NCBI GenBank assembly: GCA_963751345.1
Contig: CAVVUS010000011.1
Location: forward strand, 256,001 to 320,000
DNA length: 64,000 nt
Direction of reading: 5' to 3'
Origin: an uncultured Chloroflexia bacterium
GTDB taxonomy: Bacteria > Chloroflexota > Anaerolineae > B4-G1 > SLSP01
Shown one piece after another: positions 30,667 through 42,024 of this stretch. The number at the start of each line of letters is the position of its first letter. Within the stretch, counting starts at the first letter, position 1. The position numbers and the translations under genes were made by a program. Under the pieces are notes generated by a model that had not been told where the DNA came from, did no database searches, and saw only the letters and a program-made list of their open reading frames with translations.

Positions 30667-33084
30667 ATGACACTGAACGCCAAGAAATCTGCAGGGGGAC
30701 CCCTGAGCAACCAACAAGTGCAGCGGATGGATGAGTACTGGCACGCCGCGATGTACCTGTGCGCGGCCATGCTGTACCTCAAGGACAACCCGCTGCTCAG
30801 GGAACCGCTCAAGCTCGAGCAGATCAAGACGCGTCTTCTGGGCCACTGGGGCTCTGATCCCGGTCAGACGCTGGTGTGGACGCATCTGAACCGCCTGATC
30901 CGGGAGCAGGACCTCAACATGATCTATATCTCGGGTCCCGGCCACGGGGCGCCGTCGATGCTCTCCCACGCCTGGCTCGAAGGCACATATGGCGAGACGT
31001 ATCCGGACAAAGGCCAGGGTGTGGATAGTATGCAGGCCTTCCTCAAGCAGTTCTCCTTTCCGGGAGGCATCGGCAGCCACTGCACGCCTGAGACGCCGGG
31101 GTCGCTGCATGAAGGCGGAGAACTCGGGTACAGCTTGTCTCACGCCTTTGGAGCAGCTTTCGACAACCCGGACTTGATCGTGGCCTGTGTGATCGGCGAT
31201 GGCGAGTCGGAGACCGGGCCGCTCGCTACAAGTTGGCACGGCAACAAGTTCCTGAACCCAGTAAGCGACGGCGCAGTGCTGCCTATCTTGCACCTCAACG
31301 GTTACAAGATCGCTAACCCGACGGTGCTGGCGCGCGTCAGCCACGAAGAGCTAGACGACTTGATGCGCGGCTACGGCTATGAGCCTTACGTCCTTGAGTT
31401 CCACGTAGACGACGAACCTGAAACCATCCACCAGGCGATGGCCGCGACCCTCGATGCCGCAATTGCCGGAATCCACCGGATCCAGCAGCATGCTCGTACC
31501 GAGGGCGTGCAGGAGATGCCTCGATGGCCCATGATCATCCTGCGCTCCCCCAAGGGCTGGACCTGTCCCGCAGAAGTGGATGGGCACAAGGTTGAGGACT
31601 TCTGGCGAGCTCACCAAATTCCGGTCGACCCCCACAAGAACGCAACAGACCTGGAACTACTGGATAAATGGCTCCGCAGTTACGAACCCGAACGCCTCTT
31701 CACGAAGGATGGTCATCTTATTCCTGAACTCAGGCAACTTGCCCCTACCGGCAACCGGCGCCTGAGCGCTAACCCCATCACGAACGGCGGCCTGGTGCGC
31801 AAGACGTTGGTGCTTCCGGATTTCCGGAACTATGCGGTGGACGTCCCCCGTCCCGGTGAGGTCCAGGTGGAGAACACGCGGGTGCTTGGGCGCTTCTTGC
31901 GCGATGTGATCACGGCCAATCCCACCAACTTCCGCTTTTTCTGCCCCGATGAGACCGCCTCCAACCGACTGGACGACGTCTATGACGCGAGTGAAAAGGT
32001 CTGGATGGCCAAGATCCTGCCTGAGGATGCCGATGGCTCACACTTGGCCCGGCAGGGCCGGGTCATGGAGATGCTCTCCGAGCACACCTTGGAGGGCTGG
32101 CTTGAGGGCTACCTGCTGTCAGGTCGGCACGGCTTCTTTGCCTCTTACGAAGCCTTCATTCACATCATTGATTCGATGTTCAACCAGCACGCCAAGTGGC
32201 TGGAGAAGTCACGTCAGATTCCCTGGCGTGCGTCGCTTTCCTCTCTCAACATCCTGCTGACCTCCACGGTCTGGCGCCAGGATCACAACGGCTTTACTCA
32301 TCAGGATCCTGGCTTCCTGGACGTCGTCACCAACAAGAGCCCCGAGGTCACGCGGATCTATTTGCCGCCCGACGCCAACTGCCTGCTTTCAGTTGGGGAC
32401 CATTGCCTGCGCAGCACCGACTATGTCAACGTGACCGTCTGCGACAAGGAGATGCATCTGCAGTACCTCACGATGGATGAGGCTATCCAACACTGCACCA
32501 AAGGCATCGGCATCTGGGATTGGGCCAGCAACGACTTCGGCAGCGAACCTGACGTGGTGATCGCCAGCGCAGGCGATGTGCCCACGATGGAGGCGCTGGC
32601 AGCCACAGCTCTGTTGCGCAAGCATTTCCCGGACCTCAAGGTGCGCTTCATCAACGTGGTCGACCTGTTCAAGCTTGTGCCCCAGAGCGAACACGCGCAC
32701 GGGCTCTCTGACGCCGATTTCGACAGTCTGTTCACTCGCGACAAACCGGTGATCTTCAACTTTCACGGCTACCCGTACCTAATCCACAAACTTACGTACC
32801 GTCGCACCAACAGCCCGAGAATCCATGTGCGTGGCTATAAGGAGCACGGCAACATCAACACTCCGATGGAATTGGCCATCCGTAACCAGATCGACCGCTT
32901 CGATCTGGTCATCGACGTCATCGACCGCGTGCCCAAGCTCCAGGTGATGGGGGCTCACGTCAAAGAGCTGATGAAGAACGAGATCATCGAGAGCCTGAAC
33001 TTCGCTTTCCAGGAGGGCTATGACCGGCCCGACTTCTCCGGCTGGACGTGGCCTCACGAGCGGGCAAACGAGAGTGGTGAGTGA
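30667..33084 (+). CDS. xfp: Xylulose-5-P/fructose-6-P phosphoketolase
   Basis: [57 protein letters not shown]. Confidence 0.96.
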   Translation: MTLNAKKSAGGPLSNQQVQRMDEYWHAAMYLCAAMLYLKDNPLLREPLKLEQIKTRLLGHWGSDPGQTLVWTHLNRLIREQDLNMIYISGPGHGAPSMLSHAWLEGTYGETYPDKGQGVDSMQAFLKQFSFPGGIGSHCTPETPGSLHEGGELGYSLSHAFGAAFDNPDLIVACVIGDGESETGPLATSWHGNKFLNPVSDGAVLPILHLNGYKIANPTVLARVSHEELDDLMRGYGYEPYVLEFHVDDEPETIHQAMAATLDAAIAGIHRIQQHARTEGVQEMPRWPMIILRSPKGWTCPAEVDGHKVEDFWRAHQIPVDPHKNATDLELLDKWLRSYEPERLFTKDGHLIPELRQLAPTGNRRLSANPITNGGLVRKTLVLPDFRNYAVDVPRPGEVQVENTRVLGRFLRDVITANPTNFRFFCPDETASNRLDDVYDASEKVWMAKILPEDADGSHLARQGRVMEMLSEHTLEGWLEGYLLSGRHGFFASYEAFIHIIDSMFNQHAKWLEKSRQIPWRASLSSLNILLTSTVWRQDHNGFTHQDPGFLDVVTNKSPEVTRIYLPPDANCLLSVGDHCLRSTDYVNVTVCDKEMHLQYLTMDEAIQHCTKGIGIWDWASNDFGSEPDVVIASAGDVPTMEALAATALLRKHFPDLKVRFINVVDLFKLVPQSEHAHGLSDADFDSLFTRDKPVIFNFHGYPYLIHKLTYRRTNSPRIHVRGYKEHGNINTPMELAIRNQIDRFDLVIDVIDRVPKLQVMGAHVKELMKNEIIESLNFAFQEGYDRPDFSGWTWPHERANESGE

Positions 33085-33117
33085 CAGCGCACCGGGGGGA
33101 GCCTTGATCGAGCAGCG

Positions 33118-34311
33118 ATGACGACAGACGGGAACATCCTTACGCTAAACAGTGGGTCATCCAGCATCAAGTTCTCTGCCTATCACATGGGCAAGGATCA
33201 GCACTTGCGCGCCACGGGTGAGGCCGAGCGCATTGGCCTTGCCGATGGGGTTGTCTGGATGAAGGATGCCGACGGATCGCTTCTGCAGCGCCGGCAGGTG
33301 ACGATGACAGACCACGATGCTGCCCTGCGAACACTGCTCGATGCCTTGCGGGAGTACCTGCAGGCGGACTTCGACGCCATCGGCCACCGCATTGTCTACG
33401 GTGGCGCTAACCACACCCGGCCGCAGCGGATCGACGCCCGGCTTATGGCTGAACTCCGCGATCTCGTGCCCCTCGCGCCTAACCACCTGCCTCACGAGAT
33501 CAAGACCATCCTCGCGCTGCAGAGCCTGTATCCAGATCTACCCCAAGTTGCCTGCTTTGACACGGCCTTCCACCGGAGCATGCCCGAGATCGCGCAGTTG
33601 CTTCCGTTGCCACGCAGCTTCTGGGATGAGGGTGTGAGGCGCTACGGCTTCCATGGACTCTCTTATGAGTACATCACCCGGGAACTTGCCGAGATCGCCG
33701 AACTGCAGTCGCGCAGGCGTGTCATACTTGCTCATCTCGGAAGTGGTGCTAGTATAGCGGCAGTGCTTCACGGCCAGAGCGTGGAGACTATAATGAGCTA
33801 TACCCCCACGGGTGGGTTGGTGATGGGCACCCGGAGTGGGGATCTGGATCCTGGCGTTGTGCTCTATTGTCTTCAGGAAAAGGGCATGACTGCTGCAGCG
33901 GTCGCCGATCTGCTTGACAACCACGCTGGTCTGTTGGGTGTGTCAGGGATCACCTCCGATATGGAGGACCTGCTGGAGCGACGACGCCAGGACTTTCGCG
34001 CCGACCAGGCGATTGAGTTGTTCTGCTATCAGGCACGCAAGTTTGTCGGAGCTTTGACAGCGGTCCTGGGCGGTGTGGACACGTTAGTATTCACGGGAGG
34101 TATCGGGGAAAACGCAGCGCCAGTGCGCTGGAGCATCTGTCACGGCTTGGCCTTCCTCGGCATTGAGCTTGACCCTGCCCTCAACGATGCCAACGCGTCG
34201 ATCATATCGCGCGATGGTGCCGCTTGCACCGTTCGCGTGATGCATACGAACGAAGAGCTGATGATCGCGCGACACACGGTGAATCTGCTCCGCTGGGAGC
34301 ATCCCTTCTGA
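33118..34311 (+). CDS. ackA: Acetate kinase
   Basis: LNSGSSSIK, FDTAFH, RRYGFHGLSY, HLGSGAS, GTRSGDLDP, FTGGIGEN, TNEELMIA. Confidence 0.94.
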   Translation: MTTDGNILTLNSGSSSIKFSAYHMGKDQHLRATGEAERIGLADGVVWMKDADGSLLQRRQVTMTDHDAALRTLLDALREYLQADFDAIGHRIVYGGANHTRPQRIDARLMAELRDLVPLAPNHLPHEIKTILALQSLYPDLPQVACFDTAFHRSMPEIAQLLPLPRSFWDEGVRRYGFHGLSYEYITRELAEIAELQSRRRVILAHLGSGASIAAVLHGQSVETIMSYTPTGGLVMGTRSGDLDPGVVLYCLQEKGMTAAAVADLLDNHAGLLGVSGITSDMEDLLERRRQDFRADQAIELFCYQARKFVGALTAVLGGVDTLVFTGGIGENAAPVRWSICHGLAFLGIELDPALNDANASIISRDGAACTVRVMHTNEELMIARHTVNLLRWEHPF

Positions 34312-34389
34312 GTTCCCCCCGCAAGACCCAAGTGGAAGTGGGTATCTCTGGCTGTGCCTGCTTCAGAAGTGGAAGGGAGAGGTGGAATT

Positions 34390-34875
34390 GTGAATATCCT
34401 GGTTGGGTGTCTTGTGTTCGGCATGTTGTCCTGTGCCATATTCGCCATCCTAGCCAAACGCCTCGTGGCGTCTGCGCTCTGGTTGACAACGCTGAGCGCG
34501 CTCCTGTCGGTGCTCATCTACATGATGGGAGCATCCCAGATCGCCGTCATCGAACTCAGCGTCGGCGCAGGCCTCGTCACGATCTTGTTGGTGTTTGTCG
34601 TTGGCATCGTCGGAGAGGAAGCCACGGCCGAGAGGCCGCTGATCCCGCGATTTGTATCGTGGGGGTTTGGTTTGGCGACCTTGATTCTGCTTGGCTTGCT
34701 CACCGTGCCGCTGGTCGCGGCTCCTCCCTCAGCGTCCGTTTCCTCTCTGGCTAGCCTGCTGTGGTACGACCGGTCTCTGGATGTCCTGCTCCAGGTTCTT
34801 CTGATCTTCTGCGGGGTGATGGGCGTCCTGGGACTGCTGCCTGAGGGTGACACTGTGCCGGCCAGTCGAGCGTAG
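34390..34875 (+). CDS. Membrane hydrogenase small membrane subunit (DUF4040/MnhB-like, MbhD/E-like)
   Basis: GASQIAVIELSVGAGL and LWYDRSLDVLLQ motifs; all hydrophobic. Confidence 0.7.
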   Translation: MNILVGCLVFGMLSCAIFAILAKRLVASALWLTTLSALLSVLIYMMGASQIAVIELSVGAGLVTILLVFVVGIVGEEATAERPLIPRFVSWGFGLATLILLGLLTVPLVAAPPSASVSSLASLLWYDRSLDVLLQVLLIFCGVMGVLGLLPEGDTVPASRA

Positions 34876-34941
34876 GGAAACAGCGTCGAGTTCCGCTGTA
34901 CCGACGGGTTCGGCACCGGTGGCGGAAGGAGGCGAGGCCCT

Positions 34942-35253
34942 ATGATCCCTTTTCCTTTATCCATCGTTCTGGTCGCCGTGCTGTGCCTGCTGGGCATAGG
35001 CCTGTACGGCCTGTTGGCGCTTCGAAATCTGATCAAGATCGTGATCGTCCTGCAGATCCTGGGCAAAGCCGGTCTTCTGGCCCTGATCGCCGCCGGTCTC
35101 GCTGTTGGGCAGGTCAACCTGGGCCAAAGCCTGGCTCTTACATTCATCGTTGCCGACACGGTCGTGGCAGCCATCGGCCTGACCCTAGCTGTCCAGGTAC
35201 GACGTCGTATTGGTACCCTTGATGTTAGGGAGATCGGCAAGCTACATGGTTGA
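34942..35253 (+). CDS. NuoK/MnhC-like membrane subunit
   Basis: GIGLYGLLALRNLIKIVI; 3 TMs; GTLDV C-terminus. Confidence 0.8.
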   Translation: MIPFPLSIVLVAVLCLLGIGLYGLLALRNLIKIVIVLQILGKAGLLALIAAGLAVGQVNLGQSLALTFIVADTVVAAIGLTLAVQVRRRIGTLDVREIGKLHG

Positions 35254-37006
35254 TCAAATGGCTGGTTATCTGGTGTTGTCGGTGATTCTTGTTCCTTGGC
35301 TAGGTGCCCTCGCTGTATGGTGGGCCGGCGATGATCGGCGTGGCCTGCAGCACGGAATGGCCGTTGCCTTTGCTCTGGTGACCGCCGTGCTGTCGTTCTT
35401 GCTGCCGTCCCTGGCCAGCTCTCAGGTCGTGTTGTCGGTATCGGCAGGCGCGACCTTCGGGACCTTCTCCTTCGTGCTCGACGGGCTGGGCATCTTCCTG
35501 ACCATTATCGCGGCCGCAATCGGCGCGCTGGTCGTGATCTTCTCGGTCGACTACATGAAGGGCGAAGCGCAGCTGGGGCGGTACTACTCATTGATTTTGC
35601 TCTTCATCGGCGCGATGAGCGGGCTCGTGCTGACCGGCAGCCTGCTGCTGCTCTTCCTCTTCTGGGAGATCACGGCCTTTTGCTCCTACGCGCTGATCTC
35701 GTTTGACAGTGATGATCCCAAAGCCGTCTCTGGCGGTATCCAGGCGCTCATTGTGACCCAGGTGGGCGGGATCGGCCTCTTGATCGGCGCGTTGGCCATC
35801 TACAGCCATCTGGGCAGTTTCCAGATAAGCGACTTCCTGACCCAGGCAGGCACGTTGCCCCCCGGGATACTGCGGTGGATGGCTTTTGGCTTCCTGGCTG
35901 CCGCGGCTGCCAAGTCGGCTCAGGTGCCCTTCCATATGTGGCTGCCTGACGCTATGGAGGCGCCCACGCCCGTTACCGCGCTGATTCATGCGGCCACGAT
36001 GGTCAACGCCGGCGTCTATCTGCTGGCGCGCTTCTACCCGGCCTTCGCCCCGGTGGAAGGCTGGAAACTGGCGGTTGTGATCGTGGGCGTTGTCTCCTCG
36101 GTGCTGGCGGCGATCATGGGCTTGATCGCGGTGGACATCAAGCGCGTCCTGGCCTACTCCACCATCAGCCAACTTGGGTACATGGTCTACGCTATCGGCG
36201 CTGGTGGGATCTTTGCCAGCCAGTTCCACCTCATGAGCCACTCTGTATACAAGGCATTGCTCTTCCTCGGCGCAGGAGCGGTCGCTCATACGCTCGGCAC
36301 GCGCGATATGCGCAAGATGGGAGGCCTGGGGCGCGAGATGCCCTTTGTGCGCGCCGTGTTCCTGATTGGCGCCCTGTCCCTGGCCGGGCTGCCGATCCTG
36401 AACGGGTTCTGGAGCAAGGAGATGGTGCTGGAAGAGGGCCTCAGAGGCGGTCCGCTATGGGCCTATATCGCTATGCTGGCCTGCGCCGGCCTGACGGCGC
36501 TCTATACCTTCCGCATGGTGTGGCTGGTCTTCTACGGCGAGCGCCGAAGTGAGGGCACTGTACACGATGCGCCGTCGGCCATGCGCCTGGCGCTCGGCGT
36601 GCTGGCCCTGGGCGCGCTCGTGTCGTGGGTGTCTGCAGGTCCCTTTGGCAGGATGCTGCAGAGCAGCCTGCCCTTCCACACGTTGGACGTGGCTACCACC
36701 GGCCAGATGATGGTCGCCGTCTTGACCGCGTGGCCCACCTGGCTTGCGTTGGCGGTTGTGGGCCTCGGTCTCGCTGCGTGGTGGTGGCGGGAGCGACTGG
36801 CCTCGGTTGTGTCCGGCTTGCGCTTCGTGACGCGAGCGGCAACGGCTGATTTCGGCTTTGCCTGGCTCAACCGGACCATCGCCCGCACGACAAGAAGTGC
36901 CGCTGCGAAGCTCTCGCTCGCCCAGACCGGACAGCTCAGCTGGAATGTCCTTGGCATCGTCGCCGGCCTTGTGGCCGTGCTCGTTTTCCTGATTTGGAGG
37001 GCCTGA
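35246..37006 (+). CDS. NuoL/MnhA-like antiporter subunit
   Basis: FWEITAFCSY, KSAQVPFHMWLPDAMEAPTPVTALIHAATMV, AYSTISQLGYM, GFWSKE. Confidence 0.9.
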   Translation: MVDQMAGYLVLSVILVPWLGALAVWWAGDDRRGLQHGMAVAFALVTAVLSFLLPSLASSQVVLSVSAGATFGTFSFVLDGLGIFLTIIAAAIGALVVIFSVDYMKGEAQLGRYYSLILLFIGAMSGLVLTGSLLLLFLFWEITAFCSYALISFDSDDPKAVSGGIQALIVTQVGGIGLLIGALAIYSHLGSFQISDFLTQAGTLPPGILRWMAFGFLAAAAAKSAQVPFHMWLPDAMEAPTPVTALIHAATMVNAGVYLLARFYPAFAPVEGWKLAVVIVGVVSSVLAAIMGLIAVDIKRVLAYSTISQLGYMVYAIGAGGIFASQFHLMSHSVYKALLFLGAGAVAHTLGTRDMRKMGGLGREMPFVRAVFLIGALSLAGLPILNGFWSKEMVLEEGLRGGPLWAYIAMLACAGLTALYTFRMVWLVFYGERRSEGTVHDAPSAMRLALGVLALGALVSWVSAGPFGRMLQSSLPFHTLDVATTGQMMVAVLTAWPTWLALAVVGLGLAAWWWRERLASVVSGLRFVTRAATADFGFAWLNRTIARTTRSAAAKLSLAQTGQLSWNVLGIVAGLVAVLVFLIWRA

Positions 37007-37007
37007 A

Positions 37008-38516
37008 GTGCAGATATCTGCTGTGATGTGGCTAGTTGCCATCCCGCTGCTGGCGACGCCCGTGGTGTACCTCGCTGGGCACATGGGCCGCGCCGCAGCG
37101 TCTGAGTTGAGTGGGCAGACGGTTTCGCGCTTGGGGGCGCTGATCGCTTTGCTCGCGGCTTTCTTACCGTTCTCGCAGGCGACTCGCGAGTTGGCGCTTT
37201 CCGGGCCATCCACCTTCGCCGTGGGTCTGATCAGTTTCCGGGCCGATGGGCTGGCCCTGGTGATGGCCGGGCTCGTCTTCGTCTTGGGGATCGCGGTTGT
37301 TCTCTCGGGCGATCCATCCATTCACCACGAGGGGGGCGAGGTCAAGTTCTACGCCTTGCTCCTGATCATGCTCGGCAGCGCCGTCGGGTTGTCCTGCGCT
37401 GGTGACCTGTTCAACCTGTGGCTCTGGTTCGAGATCATGGCGACCGCCTCCTATCTGCTGGTTGCCTTTCATCGGAACCGACCCGCGACGCTGGAGGCCA
37501 GCGTGAAATACCTGGTGCAGAGCAGCGCGGGCTCCGCCCTGGTGATCTTGGGCATCGCCCTGGTGTTGGCCGAGACCGGTACGCTGGATCTGGAGCAGAT
37601 CCGGGCGGTTGCGACCGCGTCGCCCGGCCTGCTCGCCGCAGGCGCGCTATTTCTGATAGGGTTCGGCGTCAAGGCCGCGTTGGTGCCGCTCCATACTTGG
37701 CTTCCCGATGCCCACTCCATGGCGCCCAGCGGCGTGAGCGCCCTGCTCTCCGGCGTGGTGATCGAGACAGGGCTGATCGCTATGCTTCGTGCTCTGAGCG
37801 TTCTGTCGGGCACGATCCTCTCGTGGGGGATCCTGTTGATCGCCTTCGGCGCGCTCAATATGCTTGTCGGAAACCTGATGGCCCTGCGCCAGCAGCAGGT
37901 CAAACGTATGTTGGCCTACTCCAGCCTGACCCACATGGGCTACATGCTGCTCGGACTGGGCATCGGCATTTACGCGGGACAGCTGACCGCGGCTCAGGGC
38001 GGTTTCTTCCACCTGATCAATCACGGCCTGATGAAGGGTCTGGCATTTCTCACGGCCGGAACACTGCTTCACGTGCTGCGCACGGCTGGCGGAGATGAGG
38101 AGCCCTTGGTGATCGCCGATCTGAATGGCACGGTTCAGCGCTATCCCACACTCGCGTTAGTTATGAGCATTGCCCTGTTGGGATTGGGTGGATTACCCCC
38201 ACTGGCGGGTTTTATGTCTGAGTGGCAGATCTTCACGTCCGGCTTCCTTACCCACAACGGCGTCATCGAGGGAGTCGTCGTATTCGCAGGTCTGATGAGT
38301 GTGATGTCCTTGACCTACTATGTGCCCCTTGTCAACGCGGTCTACAAGAATGAGGCGTCGCAAGCCGTCAAGAATGGTGCGTCGCTTCGAGGCATGACGC
38401 TGGTGCCGCTGCTCCTGCTGGCTGTCGCGATCATCGCCATAGGGGTGTGGCCACGGCTGGTCGAAGGGCTCACAGCTCCGGCCGGCGCTTCGCTGCTGGC
38501 CGGCCTAGGGAAGTGA
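37008..38516 (+). CDS. MnhD/NuoM/N-like proton-conducting antiporter subunit
   Basis: DLFNLWLWFE, KAALVPLHTWLPDAH, KRMLAYSS, PPLAGFMSEW. Confidence 0.88.
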   Translation: MQISAVMWLVAIPLLATPVVYLAGHMGRAAASELSGQTVSRLGALIALLAAFLPFSQATRELALSGPSTFAVGLISFRADGLALVMAGLVFVLGIAVVLSGDPSIHHEGGEVKFYALLLIMLGSAVGLSCAGDLFNLWLWFEIMATASYLLVAFHRNRPATLEASVKYLVQSSAGSALVILGIALVLAETGTLDLEQIRAVATASPGLLAAGALFLIGFGVKAALVPLHTWLPDAHSMAPSGVSALLSGVVIETGLIAMLRALSVLSGTILSWGILLIAFGALNMLVGNLMALRQQQVKRMLAYSSLTHMGYMLLGLGIGIYAGQLTAAQGGFFHLINHGLMKGLAFLTAGTLLHVLRTAGGDEEPLVIADLNGTVQRYPTLALVMSIALLGLGGLPPLAGFMSEWQIFTSGFLTHNGVIEGVVVFAGLMSVMSLTYYVPLVNAVYKNEASQAVKNGASLRGMTLVPLLLLAVAIIAIGVWPRLVEGLTAPAGASLLAGLGK

Positions 38517-38547
38517 GGGGTAGTGTGAGAAGACGAGGAATGGAGAT

Positions 38548-38862
38548 ATGAGCCACCTATTGCTAACACCACCGATTGCTCTGATCGTATATGTTGGGCT
38601 TGTGGGGATTCTGGCCCTGGTCGGACGCTGGTTGGCCGGGCCGGTTGAGGAGGAGCCAGCTGGGCGGAAGATCTATGCCAGTGGCGAAGCGTCGCCCAGG
38701 TACGCGGCCGTGCCCGGCTACCGTCAGTTCTTTGTCGTCGCCCTGTTCTTCGGCATCTTGCACCTGGGCGCACTGGTGCTCGGGAGCGAGGGTCAAACCT
38801 GGACAGCGGTGGTCTACGTGGCGGGCCTGGCCTTCGCCCTGGTGGCGCTGATCTTGGGTTGA
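38548..38862 (+). CDS. NuoA-like small membrane subunit
   Basis: TM-YASGE loop-two TMs, resembling the NuoA YECG loop; operon position. Confidence 0.6.
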   Translation: MSHLLLTPPIALIVYVGLVGILALVGRWLAGPVEEEPAGRKIYASGEASPRYAAVPGYRQFFVVALFFGILHLGALVLGSEGQTWTAVVYVAGLAFALVALILG

Positions 38863-38910
38863 CGTGGACGACGTCGACCGAGTAGAGGATGAAAGAGGAG
38901 TTAGGTTGAT

Positions 38911-39408
38911 ATGTCGAATCCATTATATGTAGCCGCGGATCGTCTGAAGGAGTGGGCGCGTCAAAGTTCGCCGTGGGCCGTTCACTACAACAGCGGTTCG
39001 TGCAATGGCTGTGATATCGAAATCGTGGCGACTTTTACGCCACGTTACGACGTGGAGCGCCTGGGCATCAAGCTGGAGGGCAGCCCCCGCCACGCCGATG
39101 TGTTGGTCGCCACTGGGCCGGTGACAAGGCAATCGCGGGAACGGCTACTGCGCATCTATCAGCAGATGTCTGAGCCCAAGTTTGTCGTCGCCGTGGGTTC
39201 GTGTGCGATCAGCGGCGGCGTCTTCCGAGGGTGTTACAACTCCCTGGGTGGCATAGATCAGGTGATTCCGGTCGACGCCTACATTCCGGGCTGTCCGCCG
39301 CGCCCTCAGGCCATCGTCGACGGCCTGATCAAGCTTCTGTTCGGTGTTGCGGATCCGGCAGCCCTGACCGATGGGGAAGAGGAGCAAGCTAGCAATGACA
39401 CAGACTGA
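38911..39408 (+). CDS. Group 4 [NiFe] hydrogenase small subunit (NuoB/HycG/EchC-like)
   Basis: SGSCNGCDIE, SPRHAD, VGSCA, IPGCPPRP. Confidence 0.92.
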   Translation: MSNPLYVAADRLKEWARQSSPWAVHYNSGSCNGCDIEIVATFTPRYDVERLGIKLEGSPRHADVLVATGPVTRQSRERLLRIYQQMSEPKFVVAVGSCAISGGVFRGCYNSLGGIDQVIPVDAYIPGCPPRPQAIVDGLIKLLFGVADPAALTDGEEEQASNDTD

Positions 39409-41101
39409 GGATTTACTGACCAGGGGAGTCGATCTGCTGAAGCCGTGGGCCGAGGAGATGACTCTCACCAAGGACGGTCGATGGGATGCGATCGTCCGCC
39501 CCGAAAACCTTCTTGCTGCCGTGGATGTGCTGCATAAGAATCGATGGGGCTACCTCACGTCGATCACGGGCATGGATCTCGGTGTGGAGGCCGGAGAGCT
39601 CGAGATCATCTACCATTTCCGCCAGGATGCGGCCATTATCGGCCTGCGCGTGCGAACGCCAAGGGACAATGCGTCCGTGCACAGCATCTGTGGTATCGTG
39701 CCGTCAGTCAGCTTGATGGAGCACGAGATGGCGGAGATGTTTGGTGTGAACGTGGTCGATATGCCACCCTCCGGAAGGCTGTTTCTCGCCGAAGACTGGC
39801 CGGACAGCGCGCACCCCTTGCTCAAGGACTTCGATCCGGAGAAGGTGGAGCCCCGCGATCTGTCAGACAGCGAGCTGGACGACGTCGCGGAGGAGTTCCA
39901 CTCCGCGCAGGATGATCCTGAGCGTTTCATCGTGCCCATCGGTCCACAGCATCCGGCGCTAAAGGAACCGGGGCATTTCGAGTTCAACGTCGATGGCGAG
40001 GTCGTCACCAGTGCTTCCGCGCGGCTTGGCTATGCCCATCGCGGCATCGAGAAGGCGACGGAGTCGCGTACCTGGGTGCAGAACCTCTATTTGCTGGAGC
40101 GTGTGTGCGGCATCTGCTCGCACATCCACGCCCTGACTTACTGTCAGGGCGTGGAGAAGCTGGCTGGTGTGGAGGTGTCGCCGCGGGCCCGGGCCATTCG
40201 CACGCTGGTGGCCGAGCTTGAACGTCTCCATAGCCACATGCTGTGGCTTGGTGTGGGGGCGCACGAGGCCGGGTTTGACACGCTCTTTATGTATAGCTGG
40301 CGTGACCGTGAGGTGGTCATGGACCTACTGGAGGGTCTCTCCGGTAACCGTGTCAACTACTCCGCGAACCTGCTGGGTGGCGTCAAGTTTGACGTCACGG
40401 AAGCGCAGATTCAGGCCATTCTCGACGGCGCGAAGATCCTGGAGCAGCGACTGCACCACTACCTCCACGTCGCCACCACGGACGAATCCTTCCTGATGCG
40501 AACACGGGGAATCGGCACGATGACCCAGGAGCAGGCGGAACTGTTGGGCACGGTAGGGCCGACGGCGCGTGCATCGGGTGTAACCCGTGACCTGCGCATC
40601 GATGCGCCGTATGCTTACTACCCCGAGTCCCCCGTGAAGGCCGTCATCACGTCGGAGGGTGATCTTCTTGCCCGTGTCGTGGTGCGGATCGAGGAGCTCT
40701 TTGAGAGCCTGCGTATGGTCTGCGATCTCGCGCAGAACCTGCCCGAGGGCGACCTGACCGTGCGCGTGCCCACAAGGATCAAGGAAGGCGAGACCGTCAG
40801 TTGCTGCGAAGCGCCGCGAGGTGAGCTCTACTACTTCATCCGGAGTAACGGGACCGACAAGCCGGAGCGGATCAAGGTGCGAACGCCCACCCTATCCAAC
40901 TGGGGTGCGGTACTGTCCACCGTGGTCGGGCACCAACTAGCCGACGTACCTATGATCTTGGCCGGCGTCGATCCCTGCTTCTCGTGCAACGACCGCATGG
41001 TCAGCCTCTATGCGGGATCGGACGAGAGCCGTCTGTGGACGTGGGAACAACTGCGAAGACACGGAATTGAGTACTATCGATGCAAAACCTCAAAGATCTG
41101 A
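39395..41101 (+). CDS. Group 4 [NiFe] hydrogenase large subunit, NuoC-NuoD fusion (HycE-like)
   Basis: NuoC-like N-terminus (EHEMAEMFG..PLLKD), GPQHP, L1 RVCGIC, L2 DPCFSCNDR followed by a C-terminal extension. Confidence 0.92.
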   Translation: MTQTEDLLTRGVDLLKPWAEEMTLTKDGRWDAIVRPENLLAAVDVLHKNRWGYLTSITGMDLGVEAGELEIIYHFRQDAAIIGLRVRTPRDNASVHSICGIVPSVSLMEHEMAEMFGVNVVDMPPSGRLFLAEDWPDSAHPLLKDFDPEKVEPRDLSDSELDDVAEEFHSAQDDPERFIVPIGPQHPALKEPGHFEFNVDGEVVTSASARLGYAHRGIEKATESRTWVQNLYLLERVCGICSHIHALTYCQGVEKLAGVEVSPRARAIRTLVAELERLHSHMLWLGVGAHEAGFDTLFMYSWRDREVVMDLLEGLSGNRVNYSANLLGGVKFDVTEAQIQAILDGAKILEQRLHHYLHVATTDESFLMRTRGIGTMTQEQAELLGTVGPTARASGVTRDLRIDAPYAYYPESPVKAVITSEGDLLARVVVRIEELFESLRMVCDLAQNLPEGDLTVRVPTRIKEGETVSCCEAPRGELYYFIRSNGTDKPERIKVRTPTLSNWGAVLSTVVGHQLADVPMILAGVDPCFSCNDRMVSLYAGSDESRLWTWEQLRRHGIEYYRCKTSKI

Positions 41102-42024
41102 TCGCACTAACGGTTTTCCCAAGTGGTCTGTTCTTGTTGCTCGTCGCCCTTCTATATGAGTGGGTCAACCGCAAGCTGGTGGCACGTCTGCAGAACCGGC
41201 TTGGCCCGCGCTGGTATCAGCCGATAGCCGACACGGTGAAGTTGCTTGCCAAGGATGAGGTCCTGCCCGAGCGGACGATCGCGGCGCTGTTTCATGGCCT
41301 GCCGATCGTGGCGCTGGCGGGCGCGCTGACGGCCGCGCTCTACGTGCCGCTCTTTGGCTTGCGCTCTTCCTTCAGCTTCGCCGGTGACTTGATCGTCGCG
41401 ATCTATCTTCTGGGATTGCCGACTATGTGTATCGGTCTGACGGGTGCCATCAATCCCGACCGGTTCTCGCTGCTCGGGGCTACCAGAGCGTTGACCCAGT
41501 TCTTCTCTTACGAAGCACCGCTTCTGCTGGGCCTGTTGGGGCCTGCTCTCGTGGCCGGCTCGTGGCAGATCAGTGACATTGCGACCTTTGCGAGCGGACG
41601 CTGGCTGGTGCTGACCCAGCCGGTCGGCTTTGTAGTTACGTTGATCGGCCTGATGGGAGAGCTGGAACTGCCCCCCTTTGACGCCCCGGAGGCGGAGACG
41701 GAGATCGTGGCAGGAGCTCTGACCGAGTACAGCGGTCGAGGGTTTGCCTTCTTCCGGCTGGCGAAGGACGTCGAGCTGGTCGTCGGTATCGCATTGATCG
41801 CCGCGTTCTATCTGGGTGGGCTGAGCTCGACCCTTGCCTTCCCATTGGCGGCGCTGATCTTTCTCGCCAAGGCGTTGGCCATTCTCCTGGTGTTGGCCAT
41901 CCTTCAGACCATCTTCGCCCGGCTGCGCATCGACCAGACCGTGGGGTTGTGGTGGCGATTTGGCGTGCTGTTGGTATTGGTCCAGTGGTTCGTAACGATT
42001 TTGGGGAGGTATCTACCGCTGTGA
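41080..42024 (+). CDS. NuoH/HycD/EchB-like membrane subunit
   Basis: RKLVARLQNRLGP, QPIADTVKLLAK, PFDAPEAETEIVAGALTEYSG. Confidence 0.9.
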   Translation: MQNLKDLIALTVFPSGLFLLLVALLYEWVNRKLVARLQNRLGPRWYQPIADTVKLLAKDEVLPERTIAALFHGLPIVALAGALTAALYVPLFGLRSSFSFAGDLIVAIYLLGLPTMCIGLTGAINPDRFSLLGATRALTQFFSYEAPLLLGLLGPALVAGSWQISDIATFASGRWLVLTQPVGFVVTLIGLMGELELPPFDAPEAETEIVAGALTEYSGRGFAFFRLAKDVELVVGIALIAAFYLGGLSSTLAFPLAALIFLAKALAILLVLAILQTIFARLRIDQTVGLWWRFGVLLVLVQWFVTILGRYLPL